NCBI GenBank assembly: GCA_051362555.1
Contig: CM120640.1
Span: 17,422,001-17,486,000 of the forward strand
DNA from: Lingula anatina
Lineage: Eukaryota > Animalia > Brachiopoda
DNA: 64,000 nt
Direction: 5' to 3'
Shown here: positions 54,842 through 64,000 of the stretch, one piece after another
Layout: each line of letters opens with the position of its first letter
Numbering within the stretch: position 1 is the stretch's first letter
Made by a program: the position numbers and the translations under genes
The notes under the pieces: model-generated
Told to the model about the DNA's origin: nothing
What the model saw: the letters and a program-made list of their open reading frames with translations, nothing else
The model's database searches: none

Positions 54842-56552
54842 CGGCTGACCCTGGTGAGCTCAAACGCGCGTTGCAACCTTGACCTAAACATTACAATCTC
54901 TCCTACCACAATGCACTTTCTACTCACCACTATTTGGTTGTGATATGACTAGCCCCAGTGTCCTAAATATCATCGCCATCACTGGGTGCCATCCACTCTC
55001 AGCAAGTTGGCTGTCGTGGATCATGCCTCTCAATCTTCTGCCATTCGTATACTTTCACCATATTTTTTTTACTTTGGTCCATTTTTTCTATGTTGTCCAT
55101 CCATGTTGTGCTTGGTTTTCCTTTCCCGTTTTCCATGTAACTTTCCTTCGAATAGCAATCGCCGCATATTATCTTTTCTTATAATGCGAACAAACTAAGA
55201 TAACTTTCTTTTCTTGGTGTTCAATAAAGATCCATTTTAGGATTATTTAGCATCACTTTTGTGTCCAGTCCATGATATAGAGTTGTAGTTGTAGACAACA
55301 GACTATTTTTTTACTTTTTCTGTTAGGTAAAAAACAGCAATGAAAACAATTCAAAACATAATTTTTCACATTTTTATTTAGTAACAATAATGCTCCTTGA
55401 CTTCATATCAGTAACCCATGTGCTTCCTTTGTACAATATATACAGAAGATTTGTTACAGAAAAAAAGCCCTCAGCAGTTCCCAACACTTGTAATGTAAAT
55501 GGACTTCTCTTGGGTGAAACCCCATAGGTATGTAAGCATAAAAGCATGGAGCACATTTGCCTTCACAAGTGCAAGCCATTGCTTTAGATGCCAACCCTAC
55601 AGGTCCTAGTTTGAGAATGTAGAGATTATGTACAAAGTTCTAAGGAGAAAATGATACAATGACATGGTTATTCACAAGATGGAGTAACAAACATGATTTA
55701 TGTACATGTGGAGACAATAACTATGTGGCTTTCAACTTCTCATGTCGACAACTCTTTTACACAATATGTTAAAGAATAAATCACAACTCTCCTGTTATAC
55801 ATTCATTTTACCTCTCATTTCATTCTTTCTTGAAAACAGATTCCAGCTACACATAAAATGTCAGTTCTGTAAAAAAATCTTTTTTCAAGTTAAATAAAAT
55901 TAAACAAGCATATATTTAAATAAATGCATAAAATAATTAAGATTTACATGAACATAAGAATATGGCAAACATTTTATTGCAACATATTATGCAAATCAGT
56001 ATTATGTAGTATATTTTCATTTGACACTTTTTTTTGTTTGCTCAATCTACCGACTAGCAGCATAAATACCCAAACCCTGATCACCATCTGTACATTTCAC
56101 CAATGACCTTCATATGAACAAGGGTCACTCATATAGGTCATCTGTTCACCTGCTGTACAATACAGATACTTGTATATGATAGACTAAAGTGATAATCTCT
56201 TTACCCATTAAATCACCATTTTATTTCCAACAAATGCAGAGTCAGAATCAACTGGATCATAGTCCTGCTTAATTTGTCAGAGCGAGTACTGTAACCATTA
56301 GGATAATTGTTGCTTGCTCATTCACTTTAATTTTACACATATATTTCAAGAATAATTACTGTTCAACTTGGGCATTTTTTGTTATAAATTAGTAACAGAA
56401 AGAATTGCTGTCCACCTGCCAGTATGGGTATACAGTGTGACATGTCATGATTTAGCTGCTGAGATTTTCCACTGTCATGCCAGATTCATTATTTTGTCTG
56501 TTTCTGCAAAAGATTTGTGAATGTGCTTGTAGTATTTGCCTGCATCAACTTA

Positions 56553-56654
56553 ACAGTGATGATATTCATCACAAACAGTGATGACATACATCACAAAAAG
56601 TGATGACATGTACCACAGACAGTGATGACATTCATCACAGTGACTCTATCACAG
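56553..56654. repeat. 22-bp minisatellite with internally palindromic units in the LATS 3'UTR
   Basis: Consensus ACAGTGATGACATTCATCACA(A/G), four copies plus a partial one. Each unit contains GTGATG...CATCAC. Confidence 0.9.
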
Positions 56655-56830
56655 CAACAGCTCATTATATGAGAATACAATACCCTTAGAAAGAGTGCCA
56701 TGCTCCTAGGTTTACTTAAATTAAGGCACTGTGTACATATATAAAATTGTCATGGGACTAACAAAGTTCCACTGCAGCTTGGTTCCCTGTGTGGATGCGA
56801 CCTTCTCCCTCTCTCCCCAGCTAAATGGCA

Positions 56831-63358
<6,528 letters not shown>

Positions 63359-64000
63359 CTGGAAGACAAATAAATAAATCATTAAGCCACTCCTTCCTTA
63401 CCACTACCAACCTCTCCTTTATATATTACAGAATACATTTTATGGAAACTGAAGAACCAATGCTTATTCAAATTTAGGGGGCCTCTTTATAGAAGTAAAC
63501 AAGAACAAGATGTACTGATCAAGTTATATGTACTCTGAGGCTGTGTTCATTCCAAAGTCAACTGCAAATTCAACAAAATTCATAACCCATTGACTAAAGG
63601 TGCAAGACCATGAAAATTCTTTCCATGACCTTTATTCAGTAGTCAGAACAAAGCCAAATGTTTCTGATGGGTCCCATACAAACAGCCTTCATTGAGGCTA
63701 GTAAGAAAAGCTTGTGTTTCTACAATGTCTGATTGGTTTGGTTTTAAGAATGCAACCATTATGACTGCTCCTTGGGCAGAACAAATAAGGAGGGGAAAAT
63801 GACGTTTTTGAATTAGTATCGTTTTAGTTGTGATCCTGCCACCTTGTGTCAACAAAGCTAAAAAGGTTGCTGCAGGTGGACTTGGTCCCCATTCAGGAGT
63901 GGTCTTTTGGCTAGTGTTTGAGGGGATAACCTTGTCACCACCTCCACTAGGGCCACTCTGCTAGAATAACATGGCACAGAAAGCCTGGGAGCAAGGGGGT

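Noticed and set aside
56553-56654. CRISPR-like or C/D-box snoRNA reading of the palindromic 22-bp repeats
   Set aside because: The units are contiguous with no unique spacers, there are no cas genes, the context is eukaryotic, and there is no properly placed D box.
63643-63960. Open frame of about 105 codons upstream of the large LATS exon (QSGPSGGGDKV...)
   Set aside because: No recognisable LATS/UBA similarity and only a weak donor (G|GTGGCA); cannot be evaluated at the window edge.

Overview
AT-rich animal genomic DNA with spliceosomal GT-AG introns, probably from a marine invertebrate (taxon not determinable from sequence alone). I reconstructed six protein-coding genes by hand with phase-consistent splice sites. 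They are: an unnamed 379-aa 7-TM protein with lysosomal-type sorting motifs (-, CDS 19413-27284); a 386-aa stand-alone VWA/MIDAS protein (+, 31775-37914); MRPL21 (-, 38952-42769); a mitochondrial glutamate carrier SLC25A22/18 (+, 45608-50336); V-ATPase subunit E (-, 51543-54746); and LATS/Warts kinase (-, 56831-63358, 5' end outside the window). Four CpG-rich promoter-like islands stand out from a CpG-depleted background. Three are explained by these genes. The fourth (about 22.55-23.05 kb) is an orphan inside an intron of the 7-TM gene and, with a non-coding exon at 16.7-16.9 kb, suggests an interleaved transcription unit running into the gene-free 1-19 kb region. Other highlights are a 51-nt in-frame cassette exon candidate in the LATS activation-segment insert, a decayed duplicate terminal exon with a premature stop in the 7-TM gene, an M-box at the V-ATPase promoter, and many MITEs with 3-, 4-, 5- and 6-bp target-site duplications. 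No database searches were possible, so novelty claims are hypotheses.
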